Shown here: in pieces, positions 1-8,608 of the stretch
Position numbering within the stretch: the stretch's first letter is position 1
Layout: each line of letters opens with the position of its first letter
DNA from: Candidatus Poseidoniaceae archaeon
GTDB lineage: Archaea > Thermoplasmatota > Poseidoniia > Poseidoniales > Poseidoniaceae
DNA length: 32,000 nucleotides
Reading direction: 5' to 3'
Assembly: GCA_943789275.1 (NCBI GenBank)
Contig: CALSTM010000001.1
Span: 270,001 to 302,000 of the forward strand
Notes under the pieces: model-generated
The model's database searches: none
The model's input: only the letters and a program-made list of their open reading frames with translations
Told to the model about the DNA's origin: nothing
Made by a program: the position numbers and the translations under genes

Positions 1-60
1 ATTACCATCGACCAGTCTTGCTACAATGTTTGGATTACTTCGCCATTTAAAATTCGCCAT
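1..60 (-). CDS. First 20 codons of an unidentified CDS that runs off the left edge
   Basis: ATG at 58-60 (minus), 2 nt after the stop of the upstream 189-aa ORF. The frame stays open to position 1 (MANFKWRSNPNIVARLVDGN...). Too short for a family call. Confidence 0.3.
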   Translation of the reverse strand, partial: MANFKWRSNPNIVARLVDGN

Positions 61-62
61 TT

Positions 63-632
63 TCACACCTTCTTCTTTTGTCGTAGTCCATCAAGGACGG
101 TAGCACGAGCGCTAAAGAAGCCCCTCGAACTTGTCATCATTTGCTCGCATTGGCGGATGAGTGATTTGATCTCTTTTTCTTCTTTACCTGCAGAAAAAGC
201 GTGCTCCACACTGTTGGAGATGTTCACGCCTTTCGTCATCATTTCGATGACATCGTGGTCATGCTTAATCAGTTTCTTGAGAACTGAGATTGATGCTGAG
301 TTTTGTCCAGAAAAGAATGCATGAGACATTCCAGTAGGAGATTTGTCCACATCCTCGATGAGCTGGTCGATGCTGTTACAGCATGCTTTGGCAGCTTTAG
401 CAATGTCAATTTTCTTTTCTCGGAATGCGTTATCATGGACATTAAGTAAATGGTTTCGAGCACGTGTACCGCAACGCTGAATTTCTTCCCGAATGGCAAG
501 GTCAGCCGCCCGCCTTTTTCCCTTTGTATACCCCTCATATCCTGAAAGTACCATTTGAATACCCCTTACATAGGGGAGCACATCGAGCGGGGTGCCTACC
601 ATGTTGACCGTATTGTAATGGTACTGGCCCAC
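63..632 (-). CDS. Hypothetical soluble, predominantly helical protein (189 aa), family not recognised
   Basis: Clean 189-aa ORF with a charged, K/E/A-rich helical-looking composition and no TM segment or signal peptide. It is tightly followed by the next minus-strand ORF. I checked DUF47/PhoU-like and hemerythrin-like motifs by eye and could not support either. Confidence 0.5.
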   Translation of the reverse strand: MGQYHYNTVNMVGTPLDVLPYVRGIQMVLSGYEGYTKGKRRAADLAIREEIQRCGTRARNHLLNVHDNAFREKKIDIAKAAKACCNSIDQLIEDVDKSPTGMSHAFFSGQNSASISVLKKLIKHDHDVIEMMTKGVNISNSVEHAFSAGKEEKEIKSLIRQCEQMMTSSRGFFSARATVLDGLRQKKKV

Positions 633-674
633 TTATTATGCTATCCATGGGTTGCACCGGGTTCCCAAGCAACT

Positions 675-1310
675 TCACTCGTTTGAGTGGGTGATGTCGC
701 CCCACAACAGAACTCTGTCTGCAATTATTTCTGCTTCCTCTGGGTCATGGGTGACGTGGATGGCTGCGGTATTTTTCGTTCGGAGTATATCTCGTGTATC
801 CGTGGCAAGTTTTCTGCGAGTTCCTAAGTCAAGGGCTGAGAACGGTTCATCGAGAAGGAGCAGTTTTGGTTGGTTTAACAAAGCTCTCACCACGGTGATT
901 CGTTGTGCTTCACCACCCGAGAGATTCTCTATTTTCCGTGAGGAAAAACCTTCCAGACCGACCAGAGTGAGTTCATCGTGAATGATTCGCTGGCGTTCTT
1001 TACGCGATACTTTTTTGCCAAAACCCAATGCGATGTTTCCTTCAACATCGAGGTGGGGGTAGAGAATCGGTTTTTGAAACACATAGCCGATGGATTGACT
1101 CACATCTTCTGGATACAAGATTTGGCCGCTTTCGACCGATTCTAATCCCGCAATCATCCGCAGTAGGGTGGATTTCCCACAACCGCTGGGCCCGAGTAGG
1201 GCCACGATTTCTCCTGCGTGAACTTGGAAATGGAGACCAGTGAATACTTGAGTCGTTCCGAAACTTTTCGATAATTCTTCAACCTGAAGTATGCAGTTTT
1301 CCTTCATCAA
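675..1310 (-). CDS. thiQ: ABC transporter ATP-binding protein, short ThiQ-like form (thiamine/HMP-type importer)
   Basis: Walker A GPSGCGKST, ABC signature LSGGEAQR, Walker B LLLLDEPFSALD and an H-loop (HVTHD). At 211 aa it lacks the C-terminal regulatory domain of FbpC/PotA-type ATPases, as ThiQ does. ATGA start/stop overlap with the upstream permease. The substrate call rests on operon context with a ThiN-domain regulator. Confidence 0.8.
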   Translation of the reverse strand: MMKENCILQVEELSKSFGTTQVFTGLHFQVHAGEIVALLGPSGCGKSTLLRMIAGLESVESGQILYPEDVSQSIGYVFQKPILYPHLDVEGNIALGFGKKVSRKERQRIIHDELTLVGLEGFSSRKIENLSGGEAQRITVVRALLNQPKLLLLDEPFSALDLGTRRKLATDTRDILRTKNTAAIHVTHDPEEAEIIADRVLLWGDITHSNE

Positions 1311-3103
1311 AATCCACTCCTATCACTCGATTCGCGAAATCGCTCGGCGATGAGAAACAATCCAAAGGTGAGGCACATCAGCATCGTAGAAGCTGCCATT
1401 GCCGTTGGGTAAACGCTGGGATCAAACATTGGTCTGCCCATGAGTTGGTCAACGACAATGGACAATGTGTCCCACGATCCCGAACGAACCAGCAGCCATG
1501 ATGCACCAAACTCACCAAGTGAGAAGGCAAGGGTCAGGGAACCTGCTACGACAGCGGGACCACGTAGGAACATCAATGTTCCATGGTACCAGGTTTGAAT
1601 TGGAGTGAGGTTTAACAATCGACATTGTTCGGTGTACCTCGGGTCCAATGAACCGTAAGCGGGAAGCATCACGCGTACGACAAAAGGAACGGTGAGGAGG
1701 ACATGTGGATAAACAGGTAAGAAGAACCAATTAAACATCTCGGGATACCATCGCAACCCACCAAGCAGCACTCCCAGACCTACCATCAACGCTGATATGG
1801 CGAGCGGCAGCATGCAAAAGAGATCTAAACTACGAGCTGATTTCTTCCATCCAGCTGAATCAAGTTTGTGAATGGTCGATGCCAGTATCCATCCGAGCGG
1901 TAAGGCAATCAGGAGAGTTGCGATGGCATAACTGATTGAATTCAACATGGCTTCATTTGCTCCCATTGTTGACAGGTCTCCCGTCCAAGCATTTCTCCAG
2001 CCTTGGAGTGACCAGTCCGATTGAACGGTTCCATCGACCACTTTTCTGACTTGAAACGACGAAATGATGGTCGATAGAAACGGTAATGCCGTAAATGCAA
2101 GTGCAAGCAAGAGAGTGATTTTTGCTCGAAGCGTTGGACGACCATGGTGATTTCGTACCCCTTTTTCGCTGAGCAGAGAAAGACGGCGTGTAAACCGCTT
2201 TTGGAATGAAGCGGTGAGCAGCAAGGTGAGGAGAAGGATGAAAAATTGAATTAAGGCAACAGAATATATCAATTCACTTGAATCGACACGGTAACCCACA
2301 ATTCCCGCTGATGAACCGGCTTCTGCCATCAGCGACTCCAGTGTGTGGTTGTTTGGTGCGAGCCATTTCACCAATGCAAAAGATGTGAACGAAAAGAGGA
2401 AACTCAAGGCAGCAGCGCACATGACAGCAGGCCCCAATATCGGCATCCAAAGTGTTCGAATACGTACCCATTTCTTCTTCCCCGATGGGAGCACAGTCAG
2501 TTGTTCCTCCCAGGCAGGGTCGAGGGTGGAAAGTGTAGGTTCAATGAATCGAATCATGAGCGATAAATTGAACCACGCATGAGCGAGTATGAGTGCTAAA
2601 AAGTGACCTGGATGATCCCAGCCTGAGTGCTCAGCAATGTAGCCAACGACACCAGTTTCAAGCCGGAGGTCAATACCAATCCGTGAAAGCAATCCCCCAT
2701 CCCGTATTAGACTCAAAAAACCCATTGCAGCAACAATGGCAGGTGTTACGAACGGAACGGCGAGAAAAGCGCGAATAATTCGAACTCTGTTCCATCTGTA
2801 TCGACTCAAACTCCACGCGACAGGCAATCCAATCATGACGGTTAATGCAGCAGATGCGAGTGCTTCAATAAACGTGAAACGCAGAGCTTCTCCCGCTCCA
2901 TTTGCCGTGTTGAAACGAAGAATCGCCTCCCAAGCCGTCCATTGCGTGACCTGATTTAAGCGGTGAATGGCATAGACAAACGGCATCGAAACACCGAGGA
3001 GGAAAAGGACAACAGCGATTGACCGTAGACTTCTTTCGCTTACGATGGCCGAAGACTTTGAGTACACATTGTCAACCTCGATTACTGAGTGGCTTTTTGC
3101 CAT
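1307..3103 (-). CDS. thiP: ABC transporter permease, duplicated (two-module, ~12 TM) ThiP/FbpB-like
   Basis: The 598-aa polytopic protein has two copies of the ABC permease cytoplasmic-loop region (DPAWEEQLTVL...WMPILGPAV and DPRYTEQCRLL...LMFLRGPAV). This is the fused-dimer architecture typical of ThiP / ferric-iron family permeases. It overlaps the upstream binding-protein gene by 22 nt. Confidence 0.8.
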   Translation of the reverse strand: MAKSHSVIEVDNVYSKSSAIVSERSLRSIAVVLFLLGVSMPFVYAIHRLNQVTQWTAWEAILRFNTANGAGEALRFTFIEALASAALTVMIGLPVAWSLSRYRWNRVRIIRAFLAVPFVTPAIVAAMGFLSLIRDGGLLSRIGIDLRLETGVVGYIAEHSGWDHPGHFLALILAHAWFNLSLMIRFIEPTLSTLDPAWEEQLTVLPSGKKKWVRIRTLWMPILGPAVMCAAALSFLFSFTSFALVKWLAPNNHTLESLMAEAGSSAGIVGYRVDSSELIYSVALIQFFILLLTLLLTASFQKRFTRRLSLLSEKGVRNHHGRPTLRAKITLLLALAFTALPFLSTIISSFQVRKVVDGTVQSDWSLQGWRNAWTGDLSTMGANEAMLNSISYAIATLLIALPLGWILASTIHKLDSAGWKKSARSLDLFCMLPLAISALMVGLGVLLGGLRWYPEMFNWFFLPVYPHVLLTVPFVVRVMLPAYGSLDPRYTEQCRLLNLTPIQTWYHGTLMFLRGPAVVAGSLTLAFSLGEFGASWLLVRSGSWDTLSIVVDQLMGRPMFDPSVYPTAMAASTMLMCLTFGLFLIAERFRESSDRSGF

Positions 3104-4215
3104 TCAATCAACCATTCATCCATGTATTGTTCAATGATTTCGTTGGTGATGGTTGAGGTCGAGTTCACAACATCTGAATGGTAGAGGTAACCGTTCGTTT
3201 CCGGTAGATCGTTTCCTTCGATTACCGAATACATTGAGTTGTATACTGGCATGTTGATGTTGACTTCTGGTGAAGTGATGTATTGAATGAACAAGCGAGC
3301 AGCATCGACTTCAGCAGCACCGTGTATTACACCAGTGTACTCAACTTGGTGAAACGATGATTTTGGTAGTACGAGTGAGGTCGAGTGTGTGTAGTTCTCC
3401 GCAAAAAAGGCTTCAACTCCAGGAGAGTGACAGTAGGACACCGTCATGTATGCTCCACCGATGTAACCTTCCGTGTATTCTCCATAACCTCCTGTGTAAT
3501 AGGTCGTGTACGATTCAGTCCAACCTGATGTGAAGATTGCTCCGTTGTCTGCAATTGCCTTCCACCATGTGGACATGTTGCCTTGTTCAGCATTTGTTTC
3601 ATCCGTGAAATAGTCGTAAGTCGCTACTAAAAATGCTCGACCAGGAGATGAAGTGATAGGCGAGGGAATGGCTAATTTCCCGTTCCATTCAGGTTCAGTG
3701 AGGTCCCAAAGGCTTGTTGGAACTGAAATATTCGAGGCCAACAATGCATCTTCATCATAATTGAGACAGACATCGCCTTCATCGAACGGTAATGCCATCT
3801 CACCATCGTAGAAATCTCTCGATGATTGTGTCAAGTTTTCTGGTGTTGCGTTGTGTTCAATCAACAAGCAGTTTTCGAGAGCAGTTGGGAGGTACGTGTT
3901 GTCGAGACCCAACATGAGGTCTGCCTGTGGAGCCATTTGTGTCAGCATCATTTGATCCAAGATTCCACCGGCATCATCCGTTCGAATAACTTCAACTTGA
4001 ATACCCGTCTGATTGACGAACTGTTCGATAAGTTCATTAGAATAACCTTGGAAAATGTCGTAGGTTAATATTTTCAGTGTTCCATCAGATTCTCGCACCT
4101 GTACTTCTGAGGCGCAGGCGTTAACGCTCTCGAGTTCTGATAATTGTTCATCGCTGAGGCAGCCGCTTAGTGAGCTGAACAGCAGCAGTGTGAGGGTAAA
4201 TGCAATGGCTTTCAT
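3082..4215 (-). CDS. thiB: ABC transporter substrate-binding lipoprotein, ThiB/TbpA-family-like
   Basis: N-terminal signal with a lipobox (LLLFSSLSG-C). The 377-aa periplasmic-binding-protein-like sequence sits immediately upstream of the fused permease and short ATPase. An acidic, W/Y-rich mature domain is typical of marine SBPs. Confidence 0.7.
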   Translation of the reverse strand: MKAIAFTLTLLLFSSLSGCLSDEQLSELESVNACASEVQVRESDGTLKILTYDIFQGYSNELIEQFVNQTGIQVEVIRTDDAGGILDQMMLTQMAPQADLMLGLDNTYLPTALENCLLIEHNATPENLTQSSRDFYDGEMALPFDEGDVCLNYDEDALLASNISVPTSLWDLTEPEWNGKLAIPSPITSSPGRAFLVATYDYFTDETNAEQGNMSTWWKAIADNGAIFTSGWTESYTTYYTGGYGEYTEGYIGGAYMTVSYCHSPGVEAFFAENYTHSTSLVLPKSSFHQVEYTGVIHGAAEVDAARLFIQYITSPEVNINMPVYNSMYSVIEGNDLPETNGYLYHSDVVNSTSTITNEIIEQYMDEWLIEWQKATQ

Positions 4216-4217
4216 GG

Positions 4218-5078
4218 TCAGGCATCCTTGAGAATTGCGGTTAATTGGTGGGTGCGGTCTATCAATTCCAATGGGTTGTGTGCGACGATGTACATCGTTG
4301 GTTCCCAGCCAAAATCGCCTTCGTCAAGCAAGACATCAAATCGAGAGGTTCCTGGTTCAATTTTCGCTTTTGGTGCCAATGCGAATGAATATCCAAGTTG
4401 CTCACAGGCTTTTCGAACCGCAGCAGTATCGACGCTGTTGTGCTGAGTTGGTGGGCGGATATTCAGTACAGAAGTCTTGCTTGGCTCGGTGTTGTGGATG
4501 TCAATCAAGAGCTTGGCCAGATGCTTCGAGGCTCCAAAACTCGGGGTTTCATGGTGGCGAAGTACACCACCAACCATCGTAATTCTCCCCGGGAATGCTG
4601 CCACATCGTCAATTGAAGTTGCGCCAGCATTACACGAAGCAATGTTGAGCCCAACTGCGGGAATAGATTGCTCAATACGGCGTGCATCAAGTCGCCCTGC
4701 TGCCCATTCAAGCCGACGTAACAGTGCACGTTGCTCTTGTCCTGCGTCCAAATCTAATCCGGTAAGGGTTTTATCAAATCGAAGTGTATTGTTGCCGTTG
4801 AGTTGGAATTCGACGATTAGACGTTGTCGAAGGACATGACATCCTGGGCCGAGTGTTGACAATGCTTGTGATAATTCATTTCCCCATCCATCAATCGTTG
4901 CCTCATCTGCACTTGCATTGAGTCGAATCGGTGGCTTTTGCATTTGCCGTGAAATCGTGCTTTGAGTCGAACCGAGGACTTCAGCGATCTCAGTCTGCGA
5001 CCATCCATTGGTGCGAAGGTCCTTGGCTACGTGTTGCTGCAATCTGCCGATCCACTTGTCTCCTACTTGTCCGAGCAT
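4218..5078 (-). CDS. thiR: ThiR-like transcriptional regulator: N-terminal HTH + C-terminal ThiN (thiamine-phosphate synthase-like) domain
   Basis: HTH segment NGWSQTEIAEVLGSTQSTISRQM, followed by a ThiN-like domain (IPAVGLNIASC...VAAFPGRI...FGASKHLAKLL...VLNIR). Its stop lies 2 nt from the start of the binding-protein gene, so it is probably co-transcribed with the transporter. Confidence 0.7.
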   Translation of the reverse strand: MLGQVGDKWIGRLQQHVAKDLRTNGWSQTEIAEVLGSTQSTISRQMQKPPIRLNASADEATIDGWGNELSQALSTLGPGCHVLRQRLIVEFQLNGNNTLRFDKTLTGLDLDAGQEQRALLRRLEWAAGRLDARRIEQSIPAVGLNIASCNAGATSIDDVAAFPGRITMVGGVLRHHETPSFGASKHLAKLLIDIHNTEPSKTSVLNIRPPTQHNSVDTAAVRKACEQLGYSFALAPKAKIEPGTSRFDVLLDEGDFGWEPTMYIVAHNPLELIDRTHQLTAILKDA

Positions 5079-5122
5079 GTGTCGTGCTCAACACGTCTGT
5101 TATTCAATGTTGCTCAAATAAT

Positions 5123-5135
5123 ATGCATGATGCAT
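5123..5135. promoter_or_regulatory. Perfect 13-bp palindrome ATGCATgATGCAT abutting an A/T-rich TATA-like element, 45-57 nt upstream of the thiR start; candidate operator
   Basis: Read directly: ATGCAT (5123-5128), g (5129), ATGCAT (5130-5135). The flanking aaataatat (5116-5124) is TATA-like when read on the minus strand (atattattt). No binding data are available. Confidence 0.3.
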
Positions 5136-5387
5136 CCGCTTCCGCATGGCTTTTGAACTGTTTCGAGGCTAAACTGGGTGTTCACCATCGTGCGTAAAGG
5201 ATTTAGTGCCTTCAGCTGGAGGGGATTCATGACATACCCTTCTTCTTGTCTCTTTTTTTGGCTTTTGCATTCGAATACAGTAGAAAAACCAACCCAGTGG
5301 GTCGTTAATCAAGTTGCATATTTTTTCATTCGGACATCATAAAGTAGTGTTGATGCTTTACTTTTTGAGTATGTATTCCCCTTTTCA

Positions 5388-6854
5388 TTGCTTTCATTGA
5401 TGAACACTAAGAACCCCCCCTTGTTCGTAGAGACGATACCAATGGAGTTGGACGCATTCATCGGAGCCATTGCAGATCGAATCGTCGATTATCTTCACGC
5501 AGCAGACACTCCCGGCAAAGTGTCTCAACCGGTTCCGCATACCTCGCTTTCCAAAACGTCAGATCTCAAACTACCGATCGAAGGAAACGGCATGAATGCA
5601 GTTTTGGATGATATCGACGCATATCTTTTATCATGCGTGAAGACAAATCGTCCTGAATTCATGAATCCACTGTGGGGAGGCATCAATACCGCAGCCCTTG
5701 CGGGTGAGATTATTTCCACGCTTACCAACACCTCAATGTATACGTACGAACTTGCACCACTGGCGACTCTCATCGAACAGACACTCGTCACTCGCATGGG
5801 CGAACTTGTTGGTTTCATTGACGGGGCAGGTACGTTGACCACTGGAGGTTCGAATGGGAATATGCTGGGAATGCTTTGCGCTCGCCAAGTGATGGTCCCC
5901 ACCTCTACACAAACTGGAATTGATGGCCGTTCTCTTGTTGCATATGTGTCGAGTGAAGCGCACTACTCTGTTCTCATGGCTGCGAACGTCATCGGGATTG
6001 GGCACCAAAACATCATCAAAGTGGCTTGTGATTCCGATGGGTGCATGCAACCTGAGTCTCTTCAAGATGAAATCAACAGAACTCGCCGTGAAGGCCGTAC
6101 ACCGTTTTGTGTCGTTTCCACGGCTGGTACAACCGTTCGCGGTGCATTCGACCCAATCCGTCAAATTGGCGATATCGCTCACAGTGAGGGGCTTTGGCAT
6201 CATGTTGATGCGGCATGGGGTGGATGTTCACAATTTTCGGTTGAACATCGAGCACTCATGGACGGTGTAGAATTTGCCGATAGTGTGTGCTGGGACGCTC
6301 ACAAAATGATGGGTATTCCGCTCATATGCAGCGCCTTTTTAGTCAAAGACTCTGAAGTGCTGGCACGCGTCTGCGCACATGGAAATGTAGCCCATTACCT
6401 GTTCCACGAAGAATCACGTAACATCGATGCAGGAAGATACTCACTGCAGTGCGGCCGCCGTAATGATGCGCTCAAACTTTGGTTGGCATGGAGAGAATGC
6501 GGCGATGCTGGATGGGCTGCGCAAGTTGAAAGTTACATGGACCTCGCCGCCCACTTGGAATCGCTTGTCGAGGCCTACCCGCAGCTTGAGATGATGTCGT
6601 CTCGAATGTGGACGAACGTTTGCTTCCGTCTCAATCCCGAAGGATATGCGGGGGACATTAACGAGCTTAATTCAGAGGTCCGCAAACGGTTGATGCACAA
6701 CGGCAACTTCATGGTCAGCCGTTCAAACATTGGCGAGGATGTTATTTTCCGAGCCGTTATAGCGAATCCGAAGATTAACAACTCCTCTCTGGAACGATTA
6801 ACAGAAGAAATATGCTCCCTCGGTGACGAAGTTCTCCGAGGACTACCGAACTAA
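5388..6854 (+). CDS. Group II PLP-dependent decarboxylase (GAD65/CSAD/PanP-like; glutamate, cysteine-sulfinate or aspartate decarboxylase)
   Basis: PLP-lysine motif WDAHKMMGIPLICSAFLV (Lys codon 6303-6305) closely resembles the NPHKMMGVPLQCSALLV motif of animal GAD. Length (488 aa) and overall layout also fit. The ORF-track start at 5388 is TTG; the first ATG is at 5400, in frame. Confidence 0.8.
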   Translation: MLSLMNTKNPPLFVETIPMELDAFIGAIADRIVDYLHAADTPGKVSQPVPHTSLSKTSDLKLPIEGNGMNAVLDDIDAYLLSCVKTNRPEFMNPLWGGINTAALAGEIISTLTNTSMYTYELAPLATLIEQTLVTRMGELVGFIDGAGTLTTGGSNGNMLGMLCARQVMVPTSTQTGIDGRSLVAYVSSEAHYSVLMAANVIGIGHQNIIKVACDSDGCMQPESLQDEINRTRREGRTPFCVVSTAGTTVRGAFDPIRQIGDIAHSEGLWHHVDAAWGGCSQFSVEHRALMDGVEFADSVCWDAHKMMGIPLICSAFLVKDSEVLARVCAHGNVAHYLFHEESRNIDAGRYSLQCGRRNDALKLWLAWRECGDAGWAAQVESYMDLAAHLESLVEAYPQLEMMSSRMWTNVCFRLNPEGYAGDINELNSEVRKRLMHNGNFMVSRSNIGEDVIFRAVIANPKINNSSLERLTEEICSLGDEVLRGLPN

Positions 6855-6866
6855 GGAACGTGGCTT

Positions 6867-8555
6867 TTGCAAACGACCTTTTTTGAACCATGTGTTCGAA
6901 CTCTGCATATGGAGGAGTTGCCGCAGGCCTCAAGGTGGACACGCTTCTACCAAAGCGAGGTATTCCTCATCATCGCTTTCTTTGCTGGTTTACTGCTTTC
7001 AGTGATGGAACCGGTCTTCCGTTCGTTCTCGGGATACGATGTGAGCGATGCAATATGGCCATACGCATACCGTACGCTTCAATGGACCATGTTCCTACGC
7101 GGGAACCTGTTCCTCTTTTTGCTTGGAACCAGTGTGCTGATGTTCGCAACGTTCATCGTCTTGCAACGGCACATCAAAGGCCATCAAAATCCGCGGTGGG
7201 CAAACGGAATCGGATTGAGCCTACTCGGTCTTCTTACCGGCTTCATCGTGCTGTTCTTCGCGCTCGACATTTTCTATCTTCGAGGTGCCTTCCTTTTGCT
7301 ACCAACAGCCTATGGCTTCCTATTGATCGGGCTCCTGTTGATGGTCGGTGGAATCCCCCACATACCTCGAGAATCCTCGTTCGGTCGAATAAGCAAACAT
7401 GTTGTTCATATCGCTGGGGTTTTCTTCGCAGCATGGCTGGTCATGCCTGGGATTCCTGCACTGATTGGTATAGCCCCCTCACCCCCGGATGCACCCCTTT
7501 TAGGGTACGGTGCTGAACCGGGTCCGTTTGAAACGACGATGTCCATTCACCCTTACACGATGCCGGATGAAGTTCTTGAGATTCAAGATTCAACTGAAGC
7601 AGACATTGACTTCTCAATTTATCTCACTTTACCTCTGCTGCCTGAGGATATTGTTCTTGATTCGGTCCCTCTGGCCATTCTAACACACGGTTGGGGTTAT
7701 CCAACATACGAGGAGTATACCGATTGGATTGCCCATCTTTCCGCCAAAGGGATGGCTGTCGCTTTTATTCAATATCCATCGGACATCAGTCCCGTCATCC
7801 CAGATGGTTTTGAGGCCACAGATGTGGAGGGTGCATCGAATTGGCCGCACCACGCTTATCGTGCTCTTGCTTTCACAGCTGCGTTTGACGAAATCGAAAA
7901 CGTAGCGTTTGGCACTGAGCGCTCAGAGGTCGTCGATCAAGTTCTCGGTAATCATTCGATCGACCCATCGCATCTATGGATTGGAGGCCACAGTCTTGGA
8001 GGGGCTTATGTGTTCTTGAGTTTGTATGAATCCCTCGAACGTAACTGGGGGAATGAAACCCTTTTCCTTGATTTCGAATCCGCATGGACTCGCCCGAGCC
8101 ATCCAGAACTCCAACCAAACATGTCCCGACTTCCCGAATCAACAATCATCCATCTGGCACAGGGAGTCGATGACATGTCCGTTGACTCCTGCTACAGTGT
8201 GCATCACCAAGCAGTATTCTCAATGCTGCCGCAAGAACATGTTTTATTCATTGAACTGCAAAGTGATTTATACGGTTTCCCCCGGTTGGTTGGAACGCAT
8301 TATCTACCGACAAACTCTGTGCATGACACGCTCGCTGATTGGGGGATTTACCGACGCATCGATGCGCAAGCGGATTGGGTTGTTGCCCGCAGCCGCGGTG
8401 ATGTGTTTACTGAATCATGGGCTTACGAACATCTGCTGAATTCGCCAGTTCTCACCGATATGGGTAAATGGTCAGACGGTCAGGACGTTTTGCCACTTCT
8501 GATACATCATGAAGCATTGACCATGAGTCAAAAGTTTGCACATTGCCGAACCTAA
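6867..8555 (+). CDS. Fusion protein: N-terminal polytopic membrane domain (~6 TM) + C-terminal alpha/beta-hydrolase (serine hydrolase)
   Basis: Hydrophobic helices span roughly residues 30-200. The C-terminal domain has the nucleophile elbow G-H-S-L-G-G (7986-8000, Ser codon 7992-7994), preceded by an LAILTHGWG oxyanion-type strand. An alternative start is at the MEELPQ methionine (6909). Confidence 0.7.
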   Translation: MQTTFFEPCVRTLHMEELPQASRWTRFYQSEVFLIIAFFAGLLLSVMEPVFRSFSGYDVSDAIWPYAYRTLQWTMFLRGNLFLFLLGTSVLMFATFIVLQRHIKGHQNPRWANGIGLSLLGLLTGFIVLFFALDIFYLRGAFLLLPTAYGFLLIGLLLMVGGIPHIPRESSFGRISKHVVHIAGVFFAAWLVMPGIPALIGIAPSPPDAPLLGYGAEPGPFETTMSIHPYTMPDEVLEIQDSTEADIDFSIYLTLPLLPEDIVLDSVPLAILTHGWGYPTYEEYTDWIAHLSAKGMAVAFIQYPSDISPVIPDGFEATDVEGASNWPHHAYRALAFTAAFDEIENVAFGTERSEVVDQVLGNHSIDPSHLWIGGHSLGGAYVFLSLYESLERNWGNETLFLDFESAWTRPSHPELQPNMSRLPESTIIHLAQGVDDMSVDSCYSVHHQAVFSMLPQEHVLFIELQSDLYGFPRLVGTHYLPTNSVHDTLADWGIYRRIDAQADWVVARSRGDVFTESWAYEHLLNSPVLTDMGKWSDGQDVLPLLIHHEALTMSQKFAHCRT

Positions 8556-8608
8556 TTTTCATCACGGCCCTTGCTTGAGTTTAAGGAGCGGCTTTCCGTG
8601 CGTAATTC

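Noticed and set aside
675-4215. Alternative reading of the ABC system as a ferric-iron (FbpABC/AfuABC) importer
   Set aside because: The families are related and the fused permease fits both. However, the ATPase is only 211 aa with no C-terminal regulatory domain (as in ThiQ, not FbpC), and the operon begins with a ThiN-domain regulator. The iron reading is kept as a residual possibility in the confidence values.
4218-5387. Possible TPP riboswitch controlling the thiamine-type transporter operon
   Set aside because: The transporter genes follow the regulator gene with only 2 nt of spacer. In the 309-bp region upstream of thiR I could not find the conserved THI-element cores on either strand. 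Regulation is more likely protein-based (ThiR-like).
6890-7516. 208-aa ORF in an alternative plus-strand frame overlapping the start of the 562-aa membrane-hydrolase gene
   Set aside because: The translation is Arg/Pro/Cys-rich and non-hydrophobic, whereas the 6867 frame gives coherent TM helices that continue into a recognisable hydrolase domain. There is no evidence for frameshifting (no slippery run at the junction).
8556-8608. Glycine riboswitch upstream of gcvT (and upstream of gcvPA at 10866-10987)
   Set aside because: The leaders are only ~53 and ~70-120 nt, too short for or lacking the tandem aptamer architecture. The element is bacterial, and the other evidence points to an archaeon.
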